This document shows, piece after piece, positions 17,944-26,027 of a DNA stretch of 64,000 bases; positions within the stretch are counted from its first letter, which is position 1; the number at the start of each line of letters is the position of its first letter. The notes beneath the pieces were generated by a model that was given only the letters and a program-made list of their open reading frames with translations, was not told where the DNA came from and ran no database searches. The stretch is taken from assembly GCA_038250735.1 (NCBI GenBank), contig JBBSCC010000001.1:3229-67228 (forward strand), in the 5' to 3' direction. Source of the stretch: Sphingomonadales bacterium (GTDB lineage Bacteria > Pseudomonadota > Alphaproteobacteria > Sphingomonadales > Sphingomonadaceae). The translations under genes were made by a program, and so were the position numbers.

Positions 17944-18086
17944 TTACAGCATCACCACCTCGCGGATTAGCTCTGGCGACGGATGAAAATATCGAAACGG
18001 ATTGGCTGGCCTTGCTCTCGATTTACGGTTCATCCTCGCTGGATATCACCGCGCGGCATGCGCTGCCACATTGCTTTGACAGAACC
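17944..18086 (-). pseudogene. Truncated IS6-family element: terminal IR plus the first 29 codons of a transposase
   Basis: The reverse complement of 18065-18086 is GGTTCTGTCAAAGCAATGTGGC (IS6-type end). It lies 53 nt from ATG 18033, against 55 nt in the intact copy. The remnant reads MNRKSRARPANPFRYFHPSPELIREVVML*, against MPRPSKSASPFRYFNSSPEVIRLVVLMY in the intact copy. It has the same orientation as the intact IS. Confidence 0.6.
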
Positions 18087-18149
18087 AGCACGAGCAAACC
18101 GGGTAGTTCGATGGCTAGATTGTTCCGCTAACCAGATAGGAAAATGGCT

Positions 18150-18171
18150 GCCCTGTTACTTTGACAGTGCC
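18150..18171 (-). repeat. Solo IS6-type terminal inverted repeat (GGCACTGTCAAAGTAACAGGGC on the minus strand)
   Basis: 15/22 identity to the neighbouring remnant IR. It begins GGCACTGT like the canonical IS26 end. It has the same orientation, 85 bp outside the truncated copy, and overlaps the last codons and stop of the hydratase gene. Confidence 0.4.
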
Positions 18172-19022
18172 GCCCTGTCCGACAGCGTACCCATCGCGTT
18201 CATAATGGGGCGGCCTTCCGCCGAGAAGGCGCCGAGTTCGACCTCGCGGTCGCTCCGGCGCAGGACTAGGTGCAGCGCCTCGCCGCATGTCGCGGGCGAA
18301 AGCCCGCGGAAGGCGAAGTGCGCAAGTGCCTGGTCACCGAATTCGCGCCTGGCGAGGTCGATGAGCAGCGTTGCCGTCAAAGGCCCCTGGACCACCAAGC
18401 CGCGATACCCCTCGACCCCCGTTGCATAGGGCAGGTCGTAATGGATCCGGTGGCTGTTAAAGGTCAGCGCGGAAAAGCGGAATAGCATCGTCTCGGACGG
18501 AACCAGCACTCGTCCGGCGTCCCAGCCGAAGGCCGCGAACCGGCGCGAGTCCGACGGCGCGTTCGGCGGCTGCGCGCTGAGCGGAGCCGGATCGCGATAG
18601 ACGATCGTCTGAACCTCGCGGATCGCAAGCCCGGCCGCGCCATGCGTTTCCTGCGTCACATCTACGAAGACGAGCGTGCCCGACGCCCCCGTTTTCTCCA
18701 CGATGTTTGTCACGGCGCTTCGCCTGCGAATGTCCTCGCCAAGTCGTAACGGGCGCAGGAAGTCCACGCTGCTCGATGCCCACATGCGGCGTGGTTGCGT
18801 GACAGGCGGCAGAAAGCCGGTGTTGTCGGTCCTCGGGTGTCCGTCGGGCCCGAGTATTGATGTGGGCGTATCGGGAGCGCACACGCACCAGTGAACGGCC
18901 TGCGGCACTACCCCTGGCAAAACCTCGAAATCGAGCGTAGCGGCCCAGCGCGCGACGAGCCCCTCGTCGATACGGTCACGGCGCTCCTCCCAGTGACCGA
19001 TCCATTCCCGCCAGTCGTTCAT
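18156..19022 (-). CDS. MaoC-like double hot-dog (R)-specific enoyl-CoA hydratase family protein
   Basis: 288 aa. The C-terminal hot-dog carries FSALTFNSHRIHYDLPYA (hydratase-2-like N..H.IH.D motif). There is an ATGA overlap with the upstream acyl-CoA dehydrogenase gene. Confidence 0.8.
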   Translation of the reverse strand: MNDWREWIGHWEERRDRIDEGLVARWAATLDFEVLPGVVPQAVHWCVCAPDTPTSILGPDGHPRTDNTGFLPPVTQPRRMWASSSVDFLRPLRLGEDIRRRSAVTNIVEKTGASGTLVFVDVTQETHGAAGLAIREVQTIVYRDPAPLSAQPPNAPSDSRRFAAFGWDAGRVLVPSETMLFRFSALTFNSHRIHYDLPYATGVEGYRGLVVQGPLTATLLIDLARREFGDQALAHFAFRGLSPATCGEALHLVLRRSDREVELGAFSAEGRPIMNAMGTLSDRAALSK

Positions 19023-20608
19023 CCGTTACAACCGACCACGAGCCCACGAGCGATCACCTGCGCCTGGATTTCGGCGGCACCTTCGAAGATGTTGAGGATG
19101 CGCGCGTCGCAAAGCACCCGGCTGATCTCGTACTCCAGCGAATAGCCGTTGCCACCATGCACCTGCAACGCGGCATCGGCATTCGACCAGGCGGCGCGTG
19201 CGCCCAACAGCTTTGCCATCCCCGCCTCGACGTCGCATCTTTTGCCTGAATCCTTTGCACGCGCCGCAGCATAGGACAGTTCGCGCGCCGCGACGAAATC
19301 GGCAAGACTCATCGCCAGCTTGTCCGAAACTCTTGGAAAATGAACGATCGCCTTGCCGAATTGCCGGCGCGACATGGCGTAGTCGAGTGCTAGTTCCAGT
19401 GCGCGGCGCGCCACCCCTACGGCGCGGGCGGCGGTCTGGATGCGAGCGCCCTCGAAGGTCCGCATAAGTTGCTTGAATCCCTGACCATGCTCGCCACCCA
19501 GCAGGGCGTCGGCGGGCGCGTGCATGGCATCGAATTGCAGCGCGTATTCGCGCATGCCGCGATAACCGAGCACGTCGATCTCGCTACCCGTCATCCCCGC
19601 TGCGGGAAATGGATCGTCTTCGGTGCCACGCGGCTTGGGCACCAGCAGCATCGACAGGCCGGCATACCCGTTCTCGCCGGGCACCGTGCGTGCTAGGAGC
19701 GTCATCAGATCCGATCGAGCGGCGTGGGTGATCCATGTCTTCGCGCCATCGATTACCCAGGCGCCGTCTTCGTTGCGCCGCGCGCGAGTCTGCAGGGATC
19801 CCAGGTCGGACCCCACGTCAGGCTCCGTGAACACCGCGGTCGGCAGCACCGCGCCGCTGGCGATGCGGGGCAGCCATTCGGCCTTCTGCGCTTCCGTGCC
19901 GGCCAGCCCGATAAGTTCGCCGGCGATCTCCGAGCGGGTGCCGAGCGATCCCGCGCCGATCCAGCCCCGCGACAATTCCTCCGTGACGATGCACATGACA
20001 AGCTTGCCGAGGCCGAGGCCGCCATGGCGCTCCTCGATGCACACGCCGAACGTGCCGAGGTCCGCCATTGCCGTGATGGTGGCGTCCGGGATCAGCGCGT
20101 TGGCGAGGTGCCAGCGATGCGCGTGCGGGATGATCTCTGCATTCGTGAAGCGACGGAACTGGTCGCGGATAGCATCCAGTTCAGGGTCGCCGAGCGTTTC
20201 GGTGGGCCATTGTCCCTGCGCGAGCGCGGCGCCGACCTCGGCGCGCACCGCCGCACCATCGGCGTCGAGCAGGTCCGCACAGGCGTCGGAAAGTGCCCGG
20301 GCCGCCGAACCTAGACCTAGGTCGGCCGCGCGAAAGATCTCGTTCTGGCCCATCGGCAGGCCGCCCACGAGCTGGCCTAACCCTTCTGCGAAGACCAGCG
20401 CCGCTACGTTCGCGTCCAGTGGATTCGTGCCGTGGCACCGGCGCAGCCAGTCGCGCGTCGCCTCAAGCGCTGAGACGGTGGTCGCAACCCAGGCAAAGCC
20501 GTGAGCGGCGCGCTGCACCTTGTCGATCGGCTCTGCGGCGAGGCGGTCGGCCAGCGCTCGCTGCGCGACGGCAAGATAGGCCTGCGCAGCGGCAAGATGC
20601 CGGTCCAT
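19019..20608 (-). CDS. Long-form acyl-CoA dehydrogenase with a ~160-aa N-terminal extension (methylsuccinyl-CoA dehydrogenase-like architecture)
   Basis: The ACAD core runs from DAIRDQFRRFTNAEIIPHAHRW to IFEGAAEIQ. It contains TEPDVGSD, KTWITHA and HGGNGY. Start chosen at ATG 20608 (MDRHLAAAQ), 23 nt after the thiolase stop. Confidence 0.85.
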   Translation of the reverse strand: MDRHLAAAQAYLAVAQRALADRLAAEPIDKVQRAAHGFAWVATTVSALEATRDWLRRCHGTNPLDANVAALVFAEGLGQLVGGLPMGQNEIFRAADLGLGSAARALSDACADLLDADGAAVRAEVGAALAQGQWPTETLGDPELDAIRDQFRRFTNAEIIPHAHRWHLANALIPDATITAMADLGTFGVCIEERHGGLGLGKLVMCIVTEELSRGWIGAGSLGTRSEIAGELIGLAGTEAQKAEWLPRIASGAVLPTAVFTEPDVGSDLGSLQTRARRNEDGAWVIDGAKTWITHAARSDLMTLLARTVPGENGYAGLSMLLVPKPRGTEDDPFPAAGMTGSEIDVLGYRGMREYALQFDAMHAPADALLGGEHGQGFKQLMRTFEGARIQTAARAVGVARRALELALDYAMSRRQFGKAIVHFPRVSDKLAMSLADFVAARELSYAAARAKDSGKRCDVEAGMAKLLGARAAWSNADAALQVHGGNGYSLEYEISRVLCDARILNIFEGAAEIQAQVIARGLVVGCNG

Positions 20609-20631
20609 TGCCGCGTTTGCGCCTGCCACGG

Positions 20632-21846
20632 TCAGGCCGCGCGCTCGAAGATCGCTGCGATGCCCTGACCGCCGCCGATGCACATCGTCTCCAGCCCGAA
20701 GCGTCCTTCGCGGCGGACGAGTTCGCGCGTCAGGTTGGCGAGGATCCGCCCTCCGGTCGCGCCGATCGGATGGCCGAGCGAGATACCGGAGCCGTTGACG
20801 TTGAGGATGTCGTTGCGGCCGTCGTCCTCGGACCAGCCCCAGCCCTTCAGCACGGCCAGCACCTGCGGTGCGAACGCCTCGTTCAACTCGACTAGGTCGA
20901 TGTCACCCCAGCCGAGCCCGGTGCGCGCGAACAGCCGCTCTACGGCGGGTACCGGGCCGATTCCCATCCGGCTGGGGTCGCAGCCGGCGGCCGCCCAGGA
21001 ATGGAACCAGGCGATCGGCTCCAGCCCGAGTTCGTCGAGCTTATCCTCAGCAACGACGAGGCACGCGGCGGCCGCATCATTCTGCTGACTGGCGTTTCCG
21101 GCTGTCACGACGCCCCCGTCCAACGGCAGTAGCTTGCCGAGCGTCGTCATGGTTGCGTCGGCGCGATAGCCCTCGTCATGGGCAAACACGGTGGGATCGC
21201 CCTTGCGGTGCGGCACGGACACGGGAACCAACTCGTCGTCGAACAGGTCCTGGCGCCATGCCTCGGCCGCACGCTGATGGCTGCGAACCGCAAAGGCGTC
21301 GGCCTGTTCGCGCGTGATCGCATAGTCCCTGGCCAGATTCTCGGCCGTCTCGATCATGCCACTGATCGCGCCGAACCGGTCGATTGGCTGCGACATGACG
21401 CGTCCACGGGTCAGCCGGTCGTGGAGTGTCAGATTGCCGGCGCGCACGCCTTTGCGGACGTCGGTGGTGTAGTGCTCCACGTTCGACATCGATTCGACGC
21501 CACCGGCCACGACGACGTCCGACATCCCCGTCTGAACCATCATCGCCGCATTCACCACCGCCTGAAGCCCAGAGCCGCAGCGTCGATCGAGCTGGTAGCC
21601 GGGCACCTCAATCGGCAGGCCGGCGGCGAGCCAGGACCAGTGGCCAATCGCGGGCGCCTCGCCGTTGCCATAGCCCTGGGCGAAGACCACGTCGTCGACG
21701 CTGGCGGGATCGATCCCGGTCCGGTCGACCAGCGCCTTCAGGATCACGGCGCCGAGGTCTCCGGCGGTCATTGAGGAGAGGCTGCCGCCGAACTTGCCGA
21801 CGGCGGTTCGGATTGGGGCGACGATGGCGGCGCGACGTAGGTACAT
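20632..21846 (-). CDS. Acetyl-CoA C-acyltransferase (thiolase)
   Basis: MYLRRAAIVAPIRTAVGKFGGSL. Active-site Cys region LDRRCGSGLQAV. C-terminal NGSGISLGHPIGATG and CIGGGQG. Start at ATG 21846, 4 nt after the CoA-transferase stop. Confidence 0.9.
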   Translation of the reverse strand: MYLRRAAIVAPIRTAVGKFGGSLSSMTAGDLGAVILKALVDRTGIDPASVDDVVFAQGYGNGEAPAIGHWSWLAAGLPIEVPGYQLDRRCGSGLQAVVNAAMMVQTGMSDVVVAGGVESMSNVEHYTTDVRKGVRAGNLTLHDRLTRGRVMSQPIDRFGAISGMIETAENLARDYAITREQADAFAVRSHQRAAEAWRQDLFDDELVPVSVPHRKGDPTVFAHDEGYRADATMTTLGKLLPLDGGVVTAGNASQQNDAAAACLVVAEDKLDELGLEPIAWFHSWAAAGCDPSRMGIGPVPAVERLFARTGLGWGDIDLVELNEAFAPQVLAVLKGWGWSEDDGRNDILNVNGSGISLGHPIGATGGRILANLTRELVRREGRFGLETMCIGGGQGIAAIFERAA

Positions 21847-21850
21847 GGCT

Positions 21851-23059
21851 TCAGCTCCCGGTTGCAGGGACACCGACGATGCCGGCGTCTATCAGGTGGG
21901 CGATCTGTCTGGACGGCAGGCCTAGGCGATCGGCAAGAACCTGCTCGGAGTGTTCGCCGTTTCGCGGCGCGGGTAGCGGCTGCTGCCGATCAACTTGCGG
22001 GATGGTGGCGAAGGCCCCGGCGGCCGGATAGTGTGCGCCGCTGGGATTCTCCACCGTGCCGAAGATCGGATTGTCGGCAACCAGAAGGCGGTCATTGGCG
22101 GCGTCCAGCATCGTACGATAGCGCGAATGGACGATCCCCTTTGCGTCGAGCAGAGCGGCGAGCGCGGCATGGTCGCGAGCCGCGATTGCCTGCTCGAACA
22201 GTGGGAACAAGGCGTCGCGGTGCAGAAAGCGGAGCCCGTCGTCGGTCGCGAAGGAGACGCCACGCCGCGCTTCGACCGCGGCCACTGCGTTGCTCAGGTC
22301 CAATACCTCGAGCAGGTTGGACCATTGCACGGGCGTGACGATCACGATCATCGTGCGCTGCGAATCGCGCGCCATGAAATCACGGCCGAACAGGCCGTAA
22401 ACGGCGTTTGCGAGTCGGGGCCGGTTCTCGCCGGAATACAGGACTTCGGCGATGCCGCCCAGATTGGCGACCGTACCTATTGCGACATCGGACAGGGGAA
22501 CGCGGATCTCGACCCCCTCGCCGGTGGCGTTTCGCCGCTGCAACGCGGCCAGCAGGGCGAAGGCCGCATACGCGCCGGTCAGGAGATCCCATGCGGGTAG
22601 GACGTGATTCACCGGTTCCGGTCCGGTGCCGGTCAGCATCGGATAGCCGACGCTGTTGTTGACGGTGTAATCCAGCGCGGGAGAGCCATCTGCCCACCCC
22701 ATGATGCGGACGGTCACGAGATCGGCACGCCGCGCAGCGAGCGGCTCGTGCGCGAGGAACCCGTCGACGGGGAAGTTGGTAATGAACTGGCCGGTTTCGA
22801 CCACGAGCTGCTGCAGAAGCTCGCGTCCCTCGACACGCCTCAGATCGAGCGCAACCGACTTCTTCGCGCGATTCAGATTTTCCCAGTAAAGCGAATCGTT
22901 GCCTGCCGTGACCGGCCAACGGTGGAAGTCGGGTCCGCCGCCGATCTGATCGACCCGGATCACTTCGGCCCCGAACTGCGCGCAATAGAGGCCGGCGGTC
23001 GGCGAAGCGACGAACGAAGAAGCCTCGATCACCGACAGACCGGAGAGCAGGTTGTACAT
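21851..23059 (-). CDS. CaiB/BaiF family (class III) CoA-transferase
   Basis: N-terminus LSGLSVIEASSFVASPTAGLYCAQFGAEVIRVD is the family signature (L.G..V.e......gP.....LadlGA.VIKVE). Confidence 0.9.
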   Translation of the reverse strand: MYNLLSGLSVIEASSFVASPTAGLYCAQFGAEVIRVDQIGGGPDFHRWPVTAGNDSLYWENLNRAKKSVALDLRRVEGRELLQQLVVETGQFITNFPVDGFLAHEPLAARRADLVTVRIMGWADGSPALDYTVNNSVGYPMLTGTGPEPVNHVLPAWDLLTGAYAAFALLAALQRRNATGEGVEIRVPLSDVAIGTVANLGGIAEVLYSGENRPRLANAVYGLFGRDFMARDSQRTMIVIVTPVQWSNLLEVLDLSNAVAAVEARRGVSFATDDGLRFLHRDALFPLFEQAIAARDHAALAALLDAKGIVHSRYRTMLDAANDRLLVADNPIFGTVENPSGAHYPAAGAFATIPQVDRQQPLPAPRNGEHSEQVLADRLGLPSRQIAHLIDAGIVGVPATGS

Positions 23060-24234
23060 CAGATACCGTCGTTGAATTCGCGCAGCATGTGCTTTGCGAT
23101 CTGCAGCTGGAGAATCTGCGTTGTACCTTCGTAGATGCGGTAGATGCGCGCATCGCGGAAGAACCGCTCGGCGTCATATTCTGCAAGATATCCTGCGCCG
23201 CCATAGATCTGGACACAGGCATCGACGACGCGCCCGCACATCTCCGATGCGAAGACCTTGAACGCAGCGGCCTGGCGCAGCACGTTTTCGCCCGCGTCGG
23301 CCCGGGCGGTTACGTCGGCCATCATGCTTTCGGCGGCATAGATCTCGATCTCGCCCTGGGCGAGCATCTGCTGCACCAGCTGGAAGTTCGCAATGGCCTC
23401 GCCGAACGCCTTGCGTTCGGTGGCGTAGCGAAGCGCGCTGTCGAGTGCGCGACGGGCATAGGCGGTCGCCGCCGCGCCGACCGAGATGCGACCGTTGTCC
23501 AGGCTTTTCATGGCGAAGACGAAACCCTTGCCGATCTCACCGCCGAGCAACCCCTCGTCCGACACGAACACATCCTCCAAAATGATGTCCGCGATCGCGC
23601 TGCCCGCCTGACCCATCTTCTTGTCCGGCTTGCCCACCGAGACACCGGCCGTGCTCATCGGCACGATGAAGGCGGAGACATGGGCGTTCTTGGGCAGGTT
23701 TTCCTTGCTGGTCCGCGCCATGATGAGCGCGACCCGCGCCTGGGGAGCGTTCGTGATGTAGCGCTTGATGCCGTTCAGCACCCAACCTCCATCAAACCGG
23801 TCGGCGCTGGTTTGCATCCCCGCCGAATCGGAGCCCGACCCCGGCTCGGTTAGTCCGAAGGCGGCGATTTCGCCGGCGGCGAGGCGCGGCAGCCATTCGG
23901 CCTTTTGCGCCTCGGTGCCGCCATTCTTGAGCGCGGAGCAGACCATGCCGATGTTGATCGAGATGAGAGAGCGGAACGCCGGCATCGCATAGCTGATTGT
24001 GTGGATGGTTCGCGCATATTGGCGGACGTTCATGCCCGCGCCGCCATGTTCCTCCGGGATGGTCAGCCCGAACAGCCCCATCTCGCGCATTTCGCGCACG
24101 ATGTCCGCGGGGATCTCATCACTCTCCGTGATCGCGCGCTCGGCGGGGATCAGCCGCTCGCAGACGAAGCGACGAAGCTGGTCCAGGAATTGCTCGAAGC
24201 TATCGGGGTCCATGCCGGTGGTCGCCTGGCTCAT
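23059..24234 (-). CDS. Acyl-CoA dehydrogenase
   Basis: 391 aa with LTEPGSGSD, KRYITNA, IYGGAGY and YRIYEGTTQI. There is a 1-nt overlap with the downstream CoA-transferase start. Confidence 0.9.
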   Translation of the reverse strand: MSQATTGMDPDSFEQFLDQLRRFVCERLIPAERAITESDEIPADIVREMREMGLFGLTIPEEHGGAGMNVRQYARTIHTISYAMPAFRSLISINIGMVCSALKNGGTEAQKAEWLPRLAAGEIAAFGLTEPGSGSDSAGMQTSADRFDGGWVLNGIKRYITNAPQARVALIMARTSKENLPKNAHVSAFIVPMSTAGVSVGKPDKKMGQAGSAIADIILEDVFVSDEGLLGGEIGKGFVFAMKSLDNGRISVGAAATAYARRALDSALRYATERKAFGEAIANFQLVQQMLAQGEIEIYAAESMMADVTARADAGENVLRQAAAFKVFASEMCGRVVDACVQIYGGAGYLAEYDAERFFRDARIYRIYEGTTQILQLQIAKHMLREFNDGI

Positions 24235-24243
24235 CGTAGATCC

Positions 24244-25161
24244 TCAGATCGGGTCGTAGGGAAAGACATCCGCGGACACCTCGTCCGCGCGGGCGAAGCT
24301 GGAGCGAAAGGCAGGGATCAGCTCGTCAGCGATGGCCTGCGCCGTCCATCCTTTGGCCTTGGTCATTGAGCGGATCGGGCGCGGCTTGGAGAACAGCAGG
24401 ATCTCGTTGCGACGGACACTGAAGATCTGGTTGGTGACGTCCTGCGAAAGATCGGACGCGAGATAAGCGACCAGCGGCGCTATCTTGTCCGCCGACATGT
24501 CTTGCATCCGCTGCACCCGCCTCTGCTGCTCCGGCGTGTCGGCGGGGATAGAGGATGTCATGCGGCTCCAAGCGAAGGGCGCGATGCAGTTCGACCGCAC
24601 GCCGACACGCGCCATGTCCAGCGCGATGGATTGCGACAAGGCCACAACGCCCAGCTTCGCCGCCGAATAATTCGCCTGGCCGATGTTGCCGATCAGGCCG
24701 CTGGTCGAGGTGAAGTGCACGAAGCTGCCTGACCGCTGCTCGCGGAAATAGGGTGTCGCGGCCTTGGAGACGTTGAAAACGCCGGTGAGGTTGACTTCGA
24801 TGACGCTCCTCCAGTCTTCATAGCTCATCTTATGCCAGATGGTGTCGCGCAGGATGCCGGCGTTGTTCACCACCGCGTCGATGCGACCAAACCGCCGCAC
24901 GGCGTCCTCGACGATCCCTTTTGCCTGCGCCGGATCGGCGACGTTGCCGAAATTGGCGAGCGCAGCACCGCCTGCCGCTACGATTTCGTCGGCCGTGGAC
25001 TGGGCTGGTGTTGTGTCGCCGCCGCTGCCGGCTTGCGCCACGCCGGGATCGTTGACTACCACCGCGGCACCCTGCGCAGCGCAGTGCAGTGCCAGCGCGC
25101 GACCGATACCGCGGCCAGCACCCGTAACCACGACGACCTTGCCCTCAAGAATATTGGTCAC
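24244..25161 (-). CDS. SDR-family oxidoreductase resembling the 3-hydroxyacyl-CoA dehydrogenase domain of multifunctional enzyme type 2
   Basis: VVVTGAGRGIGRA, NNAG and YSAAKLG (Tyr-x3-Lys), plus a ~60-aa C-terminal extension. Start moved to GTG 25161 (GGAGACGGGC upstream). The 23 extra codons of the track ORF (MKNQFYILNYSWKLCNW) are AT-rich promoter DNA. Confidence 0.85.
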   Translation of the reverse strand: MTNILEGKVVVVTGAGRGIGRALALHCAAQGAAVVVNDPGVAQAGSGGDTTPAQSTADEIVAAGGAALANFGNVADPAQAKGIVEDAVRRFGRIDAVVNNAGILRDTIWHKMSYEDWRSVIEVNLTGVFNVSKAATPYFREQRSGSFVHFTSTSGLIGNIGQANYSAAKLGVVALSQSIALDMARVGVRSNCIAPFAWSRMTSSIPADTPEQQRRVQRMQDMSADKIAPLVAYLASDLSQDVTNQIFSVRRNEILLFSKPRPIRSMTKAKGWTAQAIADELIPAFRSSFARADEVSADVFPYDPI

Positions 25162-25253
25162 GCCCGTCTCCAATCTCTCCCAATTACATAATTTCCATGA
25201 ATAATTCAAGATATAGAATTGATTTTTCATCCAGTTGAAAATAGGAAGTGTGC
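25162..25253. promoter_or_regulatory. AT-rich divergent promoter/operator region between the acyl-CoA operon and the IclR gene
   Basis: Overlapping palindromes TGAAT-a-ATTCA (25198-25208) and AATTC-n8-GAATT (25203-25220), in a ~90-bp AT-rich gap inside otherwise GC-rich DNA. Confidence 0.35.
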
Positions 25254-26027
25254 ATGGGAACGCCGGTGTCTTCGGTCGTACAGGCCTTCACAATCATGCG
25301 CGTGCTCGCGAACGACGGCGCACTAACCCTGTCGGAAGTCGCACAGACGTGCAGCATCAGCCCGTCCAGTTGCCTAGGCTTGCTGCGTACGCTGGTCGGT
25401 GAAGGCGTGCTCCACACCTATTCGGGAAAGCGCTACGCGCTGTCGCCACCGTGGGCGGGCATCGTCGCCGGCGAGAACGAAGCAGCTGCGCGACTTATCG
25501 CGCTGGCGCGGCCGTTGCTTGAAAACGCTGCCCGCAATTGGCTGGCACCGGTGGGATTGTGGCGAGTGTCCGGCCGCGACCGGCTTCAGCTCGTCGCGCT
25601 TGGCGAGGACGTCGCTGCCACGCGCATCCACATGGAAGAGGGGCAGCGGCAGCCGATCGGCGGCGGGTCGGTCGGGCGCGCGCTCACCGCCGCGCAGAAT
25701 GTGTCGGAGGACGAGATTCGTCGGCGTTTCTCCGCCGTGCGCTGGCAGCGTCCGGTAACCGAAGCCGATTATCGCGTGCAGATCGCCGAGGCGGCGGCGC
25801 GTGGCTACGCCATCGACGACGGGCTGAGCTATGCGGGTATCGCCTCGCTTGCCGCCGCCGTGTCGGGTGAGCCGCGCGAGTTCTGCGTTTCAGTCTCCAT
25901 GTTCGCCGGATCCCGGAGCGACCGCGAGTTCGCACGGATCGGCGGCGCCCTGAAGGCGCTCGCAGAACAGCTCGGCACCGCCACCGGCGGCCGATGCTCC
26001 ACCTCGACTAAGGCCAAGACCGCATGA
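25254..26027 (+). CDS. IclR-family transcriptional regulator
   Basis: N-terminal wHTH VVQAFTIMRVLANDGALTLSEVAQTCSISPSSCLGLLRTL plus a C-terminal effector domain (GIASLAAAV). ATG 25254 lies 6 nt after AGGAAG. Confidence 0.85.
   Translation: MGTPVSSVVQAFTIMRVLANDGALTLSEVAQTCSISPSSCLGLLRTLVGEGVLHTYSGKRYALSPPWAGIVAGENEAAARLIALARPLLENAARNWLAPVGLWRVSGRDRLQLVALGEDVAATRIHMEEGQRQPIGGGSVGRALTAAQNVSEDEIRRRFSAVRWQRPVTEADYRVQIAEAAARGYAIDDGLSYAGIASLAAAVSGEPREFCVSVSMFAGSRSDREFARIGGALKALAEQLGTATGGRCSTSTKAKTA

Noticed and set aside
14758-18086. A true composite transposon made of two copies of the same IS
   Set aside because: The remnant transposase N-terminus and IR are only partially similar to the intact copy, so they are different IS6 members. 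It is interpreted instead as successive insertions and deletions at a hotspot.
22380-23222. 280-aa minus-strand alternative-frame ORF and multiple plus-strand ORFs (21862..22338, 22604..23134, 23089..23853) in the acyl-CoA operon
   Set aside because: They overlap frames with clear CaiB and ACAD family motifs, and their composition is typical of off-frame GC-rich translation.
25162-25230. ATG 25230 as the start of the SDR gene (MKNQFYILNYSWKLCNW...)
   Set aside because: These codons are strongly AT-rich and lie in the divergent promoter with palindromes. GTG 25161 has a Shine-Dalgarno-like GGAGACGG and precedes the Rossmann motif at a normal distance.
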